A DNA stretch of 64,000 nt from Kofleriaceae bacterium (GCA_046597055.1 JBKJLC010000237.1:32001-96000), one strand, 5' to 3'. Shown: positions 35,706-49,786, numbered from the stretch's first letter. Program-made: numbers and translations. Notes: generated by a model from the sequence alone, not told the origin.

Positions 35706-36356
35706 CTACCTGGTCGCGCGCACGGTGTACGGCGCCGAGCTGAACACGCCGGTCACGACGTCCGCCGGCCTCGCCTTGCTCGCCTCGTCGGCCTGGTAGT
35801 GGACGACGATTCGATATGTGCCCGGCTCGGTCGGCCGGTACCACTTCCACAGATCGAGCTCGGTGGTCACCGACGCGCCGGGCTCGAGCAGGCCGTACTC
35901 GGTGGCATCGTCGCGCTGGTAGTCCTTCGTCACCAGCGCGGGCTCGGTGCCAGGCGCGTCGGCCGGTTCCCAGCTGACGAACAGCTCGCGGGCGATGCTG
36001 GCGCGGTAGCCCATCGCCAGGCGCCGGTTGATGCGCAGCGGCCGTCCGCTGGTGTTCGCCACGGTGAGGCGCACCGGGAATGGCTGGCCCAGCGGAGCGA
36101 CGTCGGCCATCGACGCCTCGATCGCGAGGGCGGCGCCGGGAGTCCTGGGGGTCGGCTCTGCGTCAGGGCCCGTGGGGCTCGGCACCGCCGACTCGCCTCG
36201 GTCATGGCTGACCGGCGTCGAGGTTCCACTGCCCACGGTCGCGCCTGGCTTGGTGGTTTCCGAGGACGCACACGCCGCGACCATGGCCGCCACGACGACG
36301 ATGAAGACGATACTTGCGACGCGGTCGGGCAGCATGGGCTGCCGTGATCGTGTCAT
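35706..36356 (-). CDS. Putative lipoprotein with beta-sandwich domain
   Basis: Lipobox MVAAC; VRLTVANTS, LEPGASV, PGTYRIVV; alternative start 36335. Confidence 0.7.
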   Translation of the reverse strand: MTRSRQPMLPDRVASIVFIVVVAAMVAACASSETTKPGATVGSGTSTPVSHDRGESAVPSPTGPDAEPTPRTPGAALAIEASMADVAPLGQPFPVRLTVANTSGRPLRINRRLAMGYRASIARELFVSWEPADAPGTEPALVTKDYQRDDATEYGLLEPGASVTTELDLWKWYRPTEPGTYRIVVHYQADEASKARPADVVTGVFSSAPYTVRATR

Positions 36357-36436
36357 GGCGGCTGCACGACGGGATCCGCGTCGCGGCGTCGACCTGCATG
36401 CCGAGCACCAGGCCGTGAAATCGCGGCGGTCGCGTG

Positions 36437-36468
36437 AAGAGGTGTCGAGGCTTTGATCAACACCTCTT
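36437..36468. repeat. Inverted repeat (terminator or operator)
   Basis: AAGAGGTGTCGA, 8 nt, TCAACACCTCTT (11/12 match) just downstream of the ECF sigma gene. Confidence 0.6.
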
Positions 36469-36512
36469 GCGGCGTGACGCGGCGACCGGGAGACCGGTCG
36501 CGGTGCCGGCGG

Positions 36513-37211
36513 TCACGCCGCCTTGGTCAGGCCCCAGTCGCGTGCCGCGAAGTCGCGGAGCTCGACCTCGAGCTGCCGGCGCGCGCGGAACAGGCGCGAC
36601 ATGACCGTGCCGATCGGCACGTCGAGGGCGTCGGCGATGTCCTTGTACTTCTCGCCGCCGAGATCGGCGCGCTGCACGACCTCGCGGTAGTCGGGCCCGA
36701 GGCGATCGAGCGCGGCGGTGACCTCGTCGGACAGGAGCGCCTCGGTTATGACCTCGGTCGGGTCGCCGGTGTGGTCCTCGATGGTGCCGTACACCGCCAT
36801 GCGCGCGTCGCCCGGGCGCTCGGCGCCAAAGCGCTGGTGGCGGCGGCGCTTGCGGTAGCCGTTGATGAAGCTGTTGGTGAGGATGCGGTACAGCCATGCA
36901 CGCACGTTCGAGCCGGGCGCGAACCGCGACCACGCGACCATCGCCCGCATCATGGTCTCCTGGACCAGGTCGCGGGCGTCGTCGGGGTTGCGGGTCAGCC
37001 GCACCGCGGTGCCCTGGAGCTCGCCGGCGAGCGGGAGGCACTCGGCCACGAAGCCGGCGTGCAGCGCGCGGTTCGCGGACGTCGGGCCAGCCGCCGGCAC
37101 CGCTTCCAGCCGGCGCGCCGAACGGGGCGCCGAGCCGGCCTTGCGGCGCAGCTCGGAGCGGGCGGGAACAGCCTTGGCGTTCTCGGTCGACACATCGGCG
37201 GTACGCGGCAT
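36513..37211 (-). CDS. ECF-family RNA polymerase sigma factor
   Basis: DARDLVQET, GSNVRAWLYRILTN (region 2); YKDIADALDVPIGTVMSRLFRAR (region 4). Confidence 0.93.
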   Translation of the reverse strand: MPRTADVSTENAKAVPARSELRRKAGSAPRSARRLEAVPAAGPTSANRALHAGFVAECLPLAGELQGTAVRLTRNPDDARDLVQETMMRAMVAWSRFAPGSNVRAWLYRILTNSFINGYRKRRRHQRFGAERPGDARMAVYGTIEDHTGDPTEVITEALLSDEVTAALDRLGPDYREVVQRADLGGEKYKDIADALDVPIGTVMSRLFRARRQLEVELRDFAARDWGLTKAA

Positions 37212-37223
37212 GGCAGACCACAA

Positions 37224-37239
37224 AGCAACCGGAGTGCCA
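37224..37239 (-). promoter_or_regulatory. Sigma54 (-24/-12) promoter of the ECF sigma gene
   Basis: Minus strand TGGCAC-TCCGG-TTGCT with consensus spacing, 12 nt before ATG 37211. Confidence 0.8.
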
Positions 37240-37356
37240 TGTTCAAGCCGCTGAAACCAAAGGGGCGTATCGACGGCGTCGACGGGGTGACACACGACCG
37301 CGTCCTCTGACAGACGCGGCGGGTGCGTCACGCGACGCCCGGCGCGTGGCTCGGGG

Positions 37357-38877
37357 TCAGCGCAGCGCGATCGCGATCGCGTCGGGCAGATCGCTGGCCA
37401 TCACGCCGCGGTCGCCGAACCGGGTGGCCAGCGCGTCGCCGGCGGCGCCGTGGACCCACACGCCGAGCCGCGCGGCGGTGATCGCGGGCAGGCCCTGCGC
37501 GAGCAGCGCGCCGATCAGGCCGGCGAGCACGTCGCCCGAGCCACCGGTGGCCAGCGCCGGGCCGCCGGTCGGGTTGATGGTCACGAAGTCGCCCGCGGTG
37601 CCGTCGCAGACGAGCGTGCGCGCGCCCTTGAGCACGACCACCGCGCGCGCGGTGGCCGCGAGCTGGCGCACCGCCGCCATCCGGTCGGCCTCGACCGCCG
37701 CGGTGGTGATGCCGAGCAGTCGCGCCGCCTCACCCGGGTGCGGCGTGAGCACGACCGGGCCGGCCGCGCTGGCGACCGAGGCCAGCCCGTGCGCCCCGGC
37801 GTCGGCGAGCACCGCCAGGCCGGTCGCGTCGATCACGAGCGGGACCGCGGTCGCGAGCACGGCGTCGATCCAGCCGCGGCCTCGCGCGTCGTCGGGCATG
37901 CCGGGACCGATCACGATCGCGGCCTTGCCGGCGGCGTGGCGTCGCAACTCGGTGACGCTGGCCACCACCGCGGTCATCACCGGATCGGGCGCGGTGAGCT
38001 CGCCGGTGGCGTCGGCCGGCCCCGCCATCGTGCACAGGCCCGCGCCGGCGCGCAGCGCGGCGATCGCCGCCAGCCGGGCCGCGCCGCGCTTGCCGGGCGA
38101 GCCGCCCACCACCAGCACGTGGCCGCGCCGGCCCTTGTGATCGAGCGGGTCCGCCCGCGGCCGCCAGGCCTCGACGTCGGCGGCCTCGACCAGCGCCGCG
38201 CGGATGCTGGCGGCGTCGATCAACGCGCGCGGGATCCCGATCTCGGCGACCTCGACCGCGCCCGCCCACGCGAAGCCGGGCGCGGTCACGATGCCGAGCT
38301 TGGGCAGCGCCATCGTCACCGTGCGGTGCGCGCGGACCGCCGCGCCGAGCGGATGCCCGGTGTCGGCCGACAGCCCGGACGGCAGATCCACCGCCAGGCG
38401 CAGCCCGGGCGCGCGGTTGATGTGCTCGATCACCCGGGCCAGGTGTCCGGCGACCGGACGCGTCAGCCCGGTGCCGAGCACCGCGTCGACCACGACCCGC
38501 GCCCGCGCCAGCGCCGCCCCGAGCGCGACCAGCCCGTCGTCGGTGGCCTCGAACACCGCCCCGCCCGAGCGCTCGTGGGCGTCGAGGTGGCGGCGGGCGT
38601 CGCCGCCGACCTGCGCGCGGGCGACCACCAGGTGCGCCTCGGTCGCGATGCCCGCGGCCCGCAGCACCCGCGCGACCACGAAGCCATCCCCGCCGTTGTT
38701 GCCGCCGCCGCACACGATCACCACCAGGCGGTCGCCGGCATCGCCGAGCGCGGCCCGCACCGCGGCCGCGACCGCGCGCCCGGCGGTCTCCATCAGCACC
38801 GCGCCCGGCAGGCCGATCTGGTCGATCGTCGCCTGGTCGAGCGCGCGCATCTCGGCGGCGGTGGCGACCGGCTGCAC
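37357..38877 (-). CDS. nnr: Bifunctional NAD(P)HX epimerase/dehydratase
   Basis: LMETAGR, GGGNNGGDG, AVDLPSG, HKGRRG, VLTPHPGE, LATGGSGDVL; GTG start. Confidence 0.94.
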   Translation of the reverse strand: MQPVATAAEMRALDQATIDQIGLPGAVLMETAGRAVAAAVRAALGDAGDRLVVIVCGGGNNGGDGFVVARVLRAAGIATEAHLVVARAQVGGDARRHLDAHERSGGAVFEATDDGLVALGAALARARVVVDAVLGTGLTRPVAGHLARVIEHINRAPGLRLAVDLPSGLSADTGHPLGAAVRAHRTVTMALPKLGIVTAPGFAWAGAVEVAEIGIPRALIDAASIRAALVEAADVEAWRPRADPLDHKGRRGHVLVVGGSPGKRGAARLAAIAALRAGAGLCTMAGPADATGELTAPDPVMTAVVASVTELRRHAAGKAAIVIGPGMPDDARGRGWIDAVLATAVPLVIDATGLAVLADAGAHGLASVASAAGPVVLTPHPGEAARLLGITTAAVEADRMAAVRQLAATARAVVVLKGARTLVCDGTAGDFVTINPTGGPALATGGSGDVLAGLIGALLAQGLPAITAARLGVWVHGAAGDALATRFGDRGVMASDLPDAIAIALR

Positions 38878-38885
38878 CGGTCGAC

Positions 38886-40244
<1,359 letters not shown>

Positions 40245-40394
40245 GTGGGTGAATACCACGTCACCGCGGTGAGGGCCAGATTCGCGAGCAATGACGAAGG
40301 ATTGCACCCGCACAGGCAGCCGGCGCGGGACCCGGGGCGGGCTGTGCCGCATTCGTACGTACGCGGCGTCGGCCGGCTCGGCCATGATGAGCGG

Positions 40395-41786
40395 ATGCGC
40401 GCCTCGCTCGCCGTTCTCGTGTCGATCACCGCGCTCATCGCCTGCGGCGATGACGCGGTCGGGCCCGAGGGTCCCGACCCCATCGATCTCGCCATCCGCC
40501 TCGACCAGCTGCCCGGGACCCGGGCGACCGAGTGGATCCCACCGATGGGCTTCGACGCGCCCGACGGCTATCGGTTCTTCGACCTGCACGTCACGCTGCC
40601 GGTCGACCACGCTCGCCCCGAGGCCGGGACCTTCGAGCTCTACGGCGCGCTGATCAGCCACGATCCCGCCGCGCCGCTGGTGGTCCACGTCGGCGGTTAC
40701 GAGGCCGGCTGGAAGCGCTATGCGACCGAGCCGACCCAGATCGTCGGCGGCAACCAGCTCTCGCTCGAGTACCGGTTCTACGGCGGCTCGCGGCCGGCCA
40801 CCATCCCGTGGTCGCTGCTGCGGGTCCGGCAGGCCGCCGCCGACGAGCACGTCGTGCTCGAGACCCTGTCGGCGATCTACACCGGCCGCCGCATCGCGAC
40901 CGGCGGCAGCAAGGGCGGCGAGAACGCCCTCTTCCACCACAAGTTCTATCCCGACGACTACGACGGCATCGTCGCCTACGTCGCGCCGATCATCACCGAC
41001 TTCCCCGACCTGCGCTACGCCGGCATCCTCGACCGCATCGGCGAGGAGACCTGTCGGGCCCGGTTGCGCGGCCTGGGCCGGGTCGCGCTCGCGCGGCAAG
41101 GCATGCTCGCCAGCCGCTCGCTCGAGCAGGCCAGCTTCGGCGTGGCCGGCGTGGAACAGGCGGTCGAGACCGCGATCGTCGAGCTCGAGTTCGGCTTCTG
41201 GATGACCCAGACCGTCGACGACTGCGTCCGCGTGCCCGACCCGGCCACGGTCACCGACGACCAGCTGTGGGCCTTCATGGACGAGATCAGCTCGCCGATC
41301 GCGTACGGCGACGAGGCGCTCGCCAGCTACGGCACCCAGTACCTCTACCAGGACCACGTCGAGCTCGGCTATCCGGTGTGGATGCACGCCCACCTCGACG
41401 ACCTGCTCCGCTTCTCGTACGAGGACTGGTCGCCGTACCTGCCGCCGGGCGAGCCGATCACCTATGACCCGACCGAGGCCCGCGCGCTGGCCGCGTGGAT
41501 CGAGAACGAGGCCGAGAACATCCTGATCATCCAGGGCGAGTGGGACCCGTGGGCGGCCGGCGCACCTGTGGTCGGCGCCGGCCGCGATGCCTACCAGTAC
41601 TGGGTCCCGCGCGGCAGCCACTGGTCGGCGGGCATCGATACGCTGCCCGAGGCCGAGCGGGCGCTGGCGATCAGCCACGTGCGCCGCTGGGCCGGCGTCA
41701 CCGAGCGCTCGGCCCGGCTGGCCATCCCGGCCCCGCTGGCGCCGATGGCCTCGCGCGGCCCCGACGACCCGCGCCTGCGCCGCTGA
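40395..41786 (+). CDS. Lipoprotein serine peptidase, S37/S28 (PS-10-like)
   Basis: Lipobox [31 protein letters not shown] nucleophile motif, DPW. Confidence 0.85.
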   Translation: MRASLAVLVSITALIACGDDAVGPEGPDPIDLAIRLDQLPGTRATEWIPPMGFDAPDGYRFFDLHVTLPVDHARPEAGTFELYGALISHDPAAPLVVHVGGYEAGWKRYATEPTQIVGGNQLSLEYRFYGGSRPATIPWSLLRVRQAAADEHVVLETLSAIYTGRRIATGGSKGGENALFHHKFYPDDYDGIVAYVAPIITDFPDLRYAGILDRIGEETCRARLRGLGRVALARQGMLASRSLEQASFGVAGVEQAVETAIVELEFGFWMTQTVDDCVRVPDPATVTDDQLWAFMDEISSPIAYGDEALASYGTQYLYQDHVELGYPVWMHAHLDDLLRFSYEDWSPYLPPGEPITYDPTEARALAAWIENEAENILIIQGEWDPWAAGAPVVGAGRDAYQYWVPRGSHWSAGIDTLPEAERALAISHVRRWAGVTERSARLAIPAPLAPMASRGPDDPRLRR

Positions 41787-41797
41787 GCGCGGCCTGG

Positions 41798-42790
41798 TCA
41801 GCGCGGGTGGCTGACCCGGACTTCGGCCGGGCGGACCACGACCTGGACGCCCGACGGGACGCCGTCGACGGCGACCTGGGCGCGGGCGCCGTCGGGGTAG
41901 CCGCGCGGCAGCTTGATCGTGGGCCGCACGCCGTCGGCGACCAGCCGATCGATCGCGGCGCGCGACCCGGTCAGCTCGACCTCGACCGCCGGCGGCTCGA
42001 TCGAGACCCGCGGCGCCGGTGCGCCGTCGACCAGGGCGACGACCGGGGTGGCGCCGACCCAGCTGCCCGCGATCGGCACCGTCACGACCACGGTGCCGGC
42101 CCAGTCGATGTCGACGCCGTCGGGCGGTAACAGGGTGGCCTCGAGCTCGAAGTCGGCCGAGCGCCCGTCGACCGCGATGTCCTGGGTGCGGACCTGGCTC
42201 ATCGCCGACACCACGGTCTCGGGGCCCCGCACGATCACGGTCGGTGGCTCGGCGACCACCCCGCCTTGGACCACGGCGTAGCCATAGGCCGGCCGCCCGG
42301 TCTGGACCGGCGCGACCTCGACCTCCTTGGCGACCCGGTTCTCGAACGCGAGCCGGACCGCGCGCGGCGTGATCGAGGTGACGGTCAGGCCGTCGGGCAC
42401 GTCGATCATGTCGGGCGTGATCAGGACCTCGCCGCTGCGCTTGCTGGCGTCGATCGTGATCTGGTCGAGCTCGCGCTCGTCGAACTGCTTGATGCGCCGC
42501 CAGGGACCCTTGATCGTCAGCCGGACCTCGTCGATGCGGTCGGAGACCAGCACCTTGCCCTCGGGCAGGACGTAGCGGACCCCGACCCCGGCGCGGATCT
42601 CGCGCTCCTCGTCGGACGAGCCAACCACCAGGAACACGGTCAGGGTCAGCACCAGGGCCAGCACCTTGAGGCCGAGGTGGTCGAGCAGCGCGCCGCGCAG
42701 CCAGCGCCCGACGCTGGGCCGCGGCGCCGGCTCGGGCTCGGGCCGGACCGCGGGTCGGAACGCACTCACGGTGTCGTGGCGACGGCTCAC
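41798..42790 (-). CDS. cdaR: YbbR/CdaR domain protein
   Basis: [10 protein letters not shown]; YbbR-type P..V...GP segments; GTGA overlap with cdaA. Confidence 0.85.
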   Translation of the reverse strand: MSRRHDTVSAFRPAVRPEPEPAPRPSVGRWLRGALLDHLGLKVLALVLTLTVFLVVGSSDEEREIRAGVGVRYVLPEGKVLVSDRIDEVRLTIKGPWRRIKQFDERELDQITIDASKRSGEVLITPDMIDVPDGLTVTSITPRAVRLAFENRVAKEVEVAPVQTGRPAYGYAVVQGGVVAEPPTVIVRGPETVVSAMSQVRTQDIAVDGRSADFELEATLLPPDGVDIDWAGTVVVTVPIAGSWVGATPVVALVDGAPAPRVSIEPPAVEVELTGSRAAIDRLVADGVRPTIKLPRGYPDGARAQVAVDGVPSGVQVVVRPAEVRVSHPR

Positions 42791-43683
42791 TGGGCCCGCT
42801 CCGGAGACGTCACCGGACGCGACGCCGACTCCCGGCTGGCCTCGCCGACCGAGGCGATCGCCTTGCCGATCTCGGCCGCCGCCGCCGCCTCGACCGCGGC
42901 CCGGCCCGAGAACACGTCATGGAGCGCGCGGCGCAGGCTGACCACGTCGAGGTCCTGGGCGACCCGGCCGTGGAAGCACACCGAGATCTGGCCGCGCTCC
43001 TCGGAGACGACCAGCGCGATCGCGTCGGTGTCCTCGGTGATGCCGAGGGCGGCCCGGTGCCGGGTCCCGAGCTCGGGGCCGAGGTCGTGGGCGCGCGACA
43101 GCGGCAAGAGCGCGCGCGCCAGCTCGATCCGGCGGGTCTTGCCGATCACGACCGCGCCGTCGTGCAGCTCGTTCTCGCCGGTCGGGACGAACAGGCTGAC
43201 CAGGAGCTGGCGCGACAGCCGGGCGTCGATGCGGGTCGCGTCGTCGACGAACGGCGCCACCGCGGCGTCGCGCTCGAGCACGATGATCGCGCCGAGCCGG
43301 GCCCGCGCGAGCTGGGCCACCGCCGACACCACCACGTCGATCGTCTCGGCGGCCTCGGGCGAGCGCGAGAACGGCAGCACGCCCTGGCCGATGCGGCCGA
43401 GCGCGCGCCGGATATCCTCCTGAAACACGACGATCACGATGATGATCGAGTAGTTGATGACGTTGTCGAGCAGCCACGACACCGTGGTCAACTCGAGCCG
43501 GTCGGCGGCGTAGAACGCGGCGCCGATGAAGACGATGCCGACCACCATCTGGGCCGCCCGGGTCCCCCGGATCACCAGGAGCACGCGGTAGATGATGAGG
43601 TAGACCAGGACCAGGTCGACCGCGCTCGCGTACAGCGAGCGTGAGCCGAGGCGGTCGAGGATGCTGGCCAGCGTGTCGGGCAT
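42787..43683 (-). CDS. cdaA: Diadenylate cyclase CdaA/DacA
   Basis: Three TM helices, [18 protein letters not shown] and GTRHRAA catalytic motifs, VVSEERG. Confidence 0.95.
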   Translation of the reverse strand: MPDTLASILDRLGSRSLYASAVDLVLVYLIIYRVLLVIRGTRAAQMVVGIVFIGAAFYAADRLELTTVSWLLDNVINYSIIIVIVVFQEDIRRALGRIGQGVLPFSRSPEAAETIDVVVSAVAQLARARLGAIIVLERDAAVAPFVDDATRIDARLSRQLLVSLFVPTGENELHDGAVVIGKTRRIELARALLPLSRAHDLGPELGTRHRAALGITEDTDAIALVVSEERGQISVCFHGRVAQDLDVVSLRRALHDVFSGRAAVEAAAAAEIGKAIASVGEASRESASRPVTSPERAQ

Positions 43684-43699
43684 GGGCGCGGCTGGGTAT

Positions 43700-43831
43700 C
43701 TAGTCCAGAGGGGAGTCAGACCCCGTGACCGCGCCGTCCCCCTGCACGCCCAGCGCCGCTGGCGACTGCGTCGCTTCGCTCGCTGGGGCCAGGGGAATCG
43801 GACATGGCGCGGCCACGATGGGCGCTAGTCC
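43700..43831. repeat. 118-bp hairpin element flanked by CTAGTCC direct repeats
   Basis: CTAGTCC at 43700-06 and 43825-31; nested arms 43724-35/43806-17, 43739-44/43790-95, 43749-55/43781-87, 43762-66/43770-74. Confidence 0.6.
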
Positions 43832-44736
43832 GGCAACGACGCTAGCGCCTGCTCTATTGCGGTGTACACCGCCAGCGCGGGGCGAAGCAACGAAACATCG
43901 TGGGTCCGCACCACGTGCGCGCCATGGCGCACCGCCGCCAGGCACGCGCCGACCGTGCCGGCATCCACGGCCGCCGGGTCGGTCGCCGCCGCCCCCGACC
44001 GCCGCGTCCCGATCAGCCGGCTGATGAAGCGCTTCCTCGACGGCCCGACCAGCACCGGCCGCCCGAGCGCGTGGGCGAGATCACTCGCATGGGCGATCAG
44101 CGCCGCGTTGCCCTGCCCGTCCGCGCCCTTCCCGAAGCCCAGTCCGGGGTCGACGATCGTGCGGCCGCGCAGCGACGGCGGCATCGCGGCCAGCCGGGCC
44201 CCCAGCTCGGCTGCGACCTCGCGCCAGGTGGCCGGGACCTCGGCGGCGAAGACCTCGGCCAGGCTCACGCCGCGGAGGTGACTGCACACGTAGGCGACCC
44301 CGGCCGCCGCCGTGACGGCGATCATGTCCGGATCGAAGCCGCCCCCGGACACGTCGTTGACGACGTCCGCCCCGGCGGCGACCGCCGCGGCCGCGACCGC
44401 GGCCTTGGTGGTGTCGACCGAGAGGACCGCCCCGGTGCGGGCGGCCAGGCCGGCCAGGACCGGGACCACCCGCGCGATCTCGATCGCGGCGGTGACCGGC
44501 TGGGCCCGGGGGTTGGTCGCCTCGCCGCCGACATCGAGCAGGTCGGCGCCGGCCTCCCACAGGGCGACACCATGGGCGATCGCGGCCTCGGTGTCGAGGT
44601 AACGACCGCCGTCGGAGAACGAGTCGGGCGTGACGTTGACCACACCCATCACGAGCACCTCGTCCCACGCCAGCGCGGAGACGACCCGCCCGACGCGAGG
44701 CAGCAACACGATCGGTGGCGGAACGAACCGGCTCAC
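43825..44736 (-). CDS. folP: Dihydropteroate synthase
   Basis: MGVVNVTPDSFSDGG, SVDT, VNDVSG, DPGLGFGK, SRKRFI, VRTHDV. Confidence 0.96.
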   Translation of the reverse strand: MSRFVPPPIVLLPRVGRVVSALAWDEVLVMGVVNVTPDSFSDGGRYLDTEAAIAHGVALWEAGADLLDVGGEATNPRAQPVTAAIEIARVVPVLAGLAARTGAVLSVDTTKAAVAAAAVAAGADVVNDVSGGGFDPDMIAVTAAAGVAYVCSHLRGVSLAEVFAAEVPATWREVAAELGARLAAMPPSLRGRTIVDPGLGFGKGADGQGNAALIAHASDLAHALGRPVLVGPSRKRFISRLIGTRRSGAAATDPAAVDAGTVGACLAAVRHGAHVVRTHDVSLLRPALAVYTAIEQALASLPD

Positions 44737-44749
44737 CGATCGTCCACGC

Positions 44750-46708
<1,959 letters not shown>

Positions 46709-46804
46709 ATCGACCTGCCTTCTCGTCGGGGAGACCCGCGGGGCTGCGTGAGTATACCTGCGGGTGCGCACCGGACCAGCTGCGATCGCAGCCATCTGAC
46801 CTGG

Positions 46805-48043
46805 TTAACCAGGTAGGTCGGCGCCCGCCTCGTCCTCGGCCCCGGCGCGCAGCGTCAGCGTGATTCCGTGGGCGATCCCCACGTGCTCGGCCCAGACGAT
46901 CGTCCCGTCCGCGCGCTCGATCACCCTCGCGATTCGTCGCTGCGACCGCGGCAGCTTGGCGTCCCCGTAGAGATCGGACAGCTTGCGCGACCGGCCGTGC
47001 AGGCGGGCCGGTCGCATCCGGTCGCCGGGTTGCCACGGCCGCAGGTGGTAGGGCCCGTCGGGGCCCTCGACGCCCGGCGCGGGCGGGATCGTCTGCGGTC
47101 CGACCGATGCGCGGACCAACCGGTCGTAGACCCGCTCGACCCGACCCCCGGGCAGGTCGATCCCGCGGGTCCCCGCGGTTGGGGCCCGGACCAGCGCCAG
47201 GATCGCCTCGAGATGCACCGCCTCGACGCCGAGCGTCGGGCGCAGCCAGCGGGCGATCGCGCGCTTGGCGATCGGGGCGGGCGCGGTGGCCAGCGGGGCG
47301 CACGCGAGGCCATCACCCGGGAGCGCGGCGCGACGCGCCGTGGCGAGGAGCGGCGCGGCCTGCTCGGCGAGCACGGCGGCATCCTCGGCGGCCGACGCGG
47401 CCAGCCGGCACAGCGCCTCCTCGATCCGCGGGTTGAGCTCGCCCAGCGCCGGCAGCAGCTCGCGCCGGACCCGTACCCGCGTGAACCGGCGGTCGTCGTT
47501 CATCGGGTCGCGCCACGGCGAGAGCACGGCCGCCGCCGCGTAGGCCAGCACCTCCGCGCGCGACACCGCGAGCAGCGGCCGCACGAACACGCCGCGCACC
47601 GGGAGGATTCCCACCAGGCCGTCGGGCCCGCTGCCGCGCGCCAGCCGGAGGAGGACGGTCTCGGCTTGATCGCTCGCGGTGTGGGCGGTCGCGATCAGCT
47701 CGCCGGGGACCAGCGCGGCGAGCGCCCGGTAGCGCGCGTGGCGCGCCTGCGCCTCCCACGACGCGCCGGTGGCGACGGTGACCGCGGCCACCTGCACCGG
47801 ATGACCCCGGGCCGCAGCCCACGCGACCGCGTGCGCGCGCGCCGCCGCGCTGGCGGCGACGCCATGGTCGACGTGGAGCAGCACGACCTCGCCGGCGCCG
47901 AGCGCGGCCGCGGCGGCGGCGGCCAGCACGCTCGAATCAGGGCCCCCGGAGAACGCGACGTGAACCCGGCGCAGGCCCCGCCGGGCCAGCGCCAGCCCGA
48001 CGACGGCGCGGATGCGTGCGACGGCGTCCACGCCGCGGAGCAT
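46805..48043 (-). CDS. tilS: tRNA(Ile)-lysidine synthetase
   Basis: AFSGGPDS, HVDHG, ARHARY, TAHTASDQAET, RPLL, DPMN; directly upstream of ftsH; start may be GTG 48031. Confidence 0.94.
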   Translation of the reverse strand: MLRGVDAVARIRAVVGLALARRGLRRVHVAFSGGPDSSVLAAAAAAALGAGEVVLLHVDHGVAASAAARAHAVAWAAARGHPVQVAAVTVATGASWEAQARHARYRALAALVPGELIATAHTASDQAETVLLRLARGSGPDGLVGILPVRGVFVRPLLAVSRAEVLAYAAAAVLSPWRDPMNDDRRFTRVRVRRELLPALGELNPRIEEALCRLAASAAEDAAVLAEQAAPLLATARRAALPGDGLACAPLATAPAPIAKRAIARWLRPTLGVEAVHLEAILALVRAPTAGTRGIDLPGGRVERVYDRLVRASVGPQTIPPAPGVEGPDGPYHLRPWQPGDRMRPARLHGRSRKLSDLYGDAKLPRSQRRIARVIERADGTIVWAEHVGIAHGITLTLRAGAEDEAGADLPG

Positions 48044-48106
48044 ACGCTCGGATGTGCCCCGGGCGAGGTTGCGCCCTGTCCCGGCCGCCACTACGTTGCG
48101 CGACCC

Positions 48107-49786
48107 ATGACCGAGCCGCCGCCCCCGCCCCCCGGCGGTCCCCTCGCCCGTCTGCGTGCTCAGCTCGCCGGTCCCCGTGGCATGCGCAGGGTCGACGCCC
48201 TGCTCGAGAGCCCCGACGCCCCGGCGGCGGTGGCCGCGCTGTCGGTCACCGAGCTGTACGAGCTGATCACCGAGGTCGGCCTGAACGACGCGTCGGAGCT
48301 GGTGCACCTGGCGACGCCCGAGCAGATCCGCGGCTGCTTCGACCTCGAGGTCTGGGAAAAGGATCATCCCAACATGGACCTGGCGCGGCCCTGGCTGGCT
48401 GCGCTGATGGACGCCGGGTTCGAGAAGGTCGGACAGGTGTGGGCGGGGCTCGATGCCGAGTGGCGCGCGCTCTACATCAAGCGCTACACCGAGCTGTTCG
48501 ACATCACCAACGACCAGAACATGGACATCGACGACTCCGACGGCGCGCCGATCTACTTCACGCCCGACCGGACCTTCGCGATCAAGCTGCTCGGCGACGA
48601 GGAGACCAACCGGCTGGTGATGGCGCTGATCGACGACCTGTACCGGGCCGACCTCAACCTCGCCCGCCACACCCTGATGGCCGCCGACACCGAGGGCACC
48701 GCGTATCTCGAGGAGCAGTGCTACCGGTGGCGGTCGGGGCGGCTCGCCGACCTCGGCTACGTGGACTTCTACGACGCGCTCGATCTGTTCCAGCCGCTCG
48801 AGCCCGACGCGGTCAAGATCGGCGAGGGCAGCCAGGACCAGTTCGCCGCCGAGCACGACGACCTGGGCCCGAACGTGCTGCCGATGACGGTCGCCGAGCA
48901 GGTGGTCTCGCGAAACTTCCTGGCCCGCGCCTGGGGCCGGATCGTCGATCCGATCGAGGAGGAGCGGCTCGAGGGCGCGCTGGTGCTGCTGGTCAACAAG
49001 GTCCTCGCGGCGGCGCGGGCGCGGCCCGGCGATCAGGCGACCGTGCGGGCTGGCGCCGACTACGCCACCGCGACCGTCTCGCTCGGGCTCGAGGTGCTGT
49101 CGCGCGGCGACCTCGATCGCGCGGCGCAGGCGCTGCGCTCGGTGTCGATGACCCGCCTGCACCGGGTCGGCTACACGGTGGCGGTGAAGCTGTCGCGGCT
49201 GGCGCGTGGGCTAGCGCCGCGGGCCGCCACCGCCGACTCGTCCGAGGCCGCGACCGTCGCCGCGCTGGTCGGCGCGCGGCCCTGGTTCCCGCGGGTGCTC
49301 GACGAGCCGAGCAAGCCGGGCGTGCGGCCGTTCGAGTCGCAGGCCGACGTGCGCCGGGTCGCCGAGCTGCTGGCCCGCCTGACCCTGCGCATCGCGGTGG
49401 CCGAGAGCCTCGGCCTGCACCTCATCGGCATGAACGAGGTGCCCGAGCCGCGGCCGGGGCTCGACGACCACGTGCGCACCGCGATGGTGCGGGTGCTCGC
49501 GGGCGGACCGCTCGAGCCGCGCGCGGTCACCGAGGACGAGCTGCGCGCGGCGGCCAAGGTACTCGAGCGCGGCGCGCTGCCGGGGTCGGCGCGGGCGCGG
49601 GCGCAGAGCGCGGTGATGGGCCAGCTCGATGCCGGGCGTCTCGAGGCCGGCGGCACCCAGCTGCTGGCGCTCATCGACGGCTGGCTCGCCGACGTCGAGC
49701 AGGTGCTCGCCAGCCTCGAGCCCGACCGGATCGATCCGCGGTTCGTCGAGGGCGTCCTCGTGACGACCGCCCACCTGCGCAGCTAG
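48107..49786 (+). CDS. DUF6178-like conserved hypothetical protein
   Basis: LYELITEVG..DASEL..LATPEQ...FDLEVW and EE..YRWR.GRLADLG; family assignment from memory. Confidence 0.7.
   Translation: MTEPPPPPPGGPLARLRAQLAGPRGMRRVDALLESPDAPAAVAALSVTELYELITEVGLNDASELVHLATPEQIRGCFDLEVWEKDHPNMDLARPWLAALMDAGFEKVGQVWAGLDAEWRALYIKRYTELFDITNDQNMDIDDSDGAPIYFTPDRTFAIKLLGDEETNRLVMALIDDLYRADLNLARHTLMAADTEGTAYLEEQCYRWRSGRLADLGYVDFYDALDLFQPLEPDAVKIGEGSQDQFAAEHDDLGPNVLPMTVAEQVVSRNFLARAWGRIVDPIEEERLEGALVLLVNKVLAAARARPGDQATVRAGADYATATVSLGLEVLSRGDLDRAAQALRSVSMTRLHRVGYTVAVKLSRLARGLAPRAATADSSEAATVAALVGARPWFPRVLDEPSKPGVRPFESQADVRRVAELLARLTLRIAVAESLGLHLIGMNEVPEPRPGLDDHVRTAMVRVLAGGPLEPRAVTEDELRAAAKVLERGALPGSARARAQSAVMGQLDAGRLEAGGTQLLALIDGWLADVEQVLASLEPDRIDPRFVEGVLVTTAHLRS

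Noticed and set aside
43707..43824. c-di-AMP (ydaO) riboswitch or SRP RNA upstream of cdaA
   Set aside because: Conserved ydaO and SRP sequence motifs were not recognised; kept only as an unexplained structured insert.
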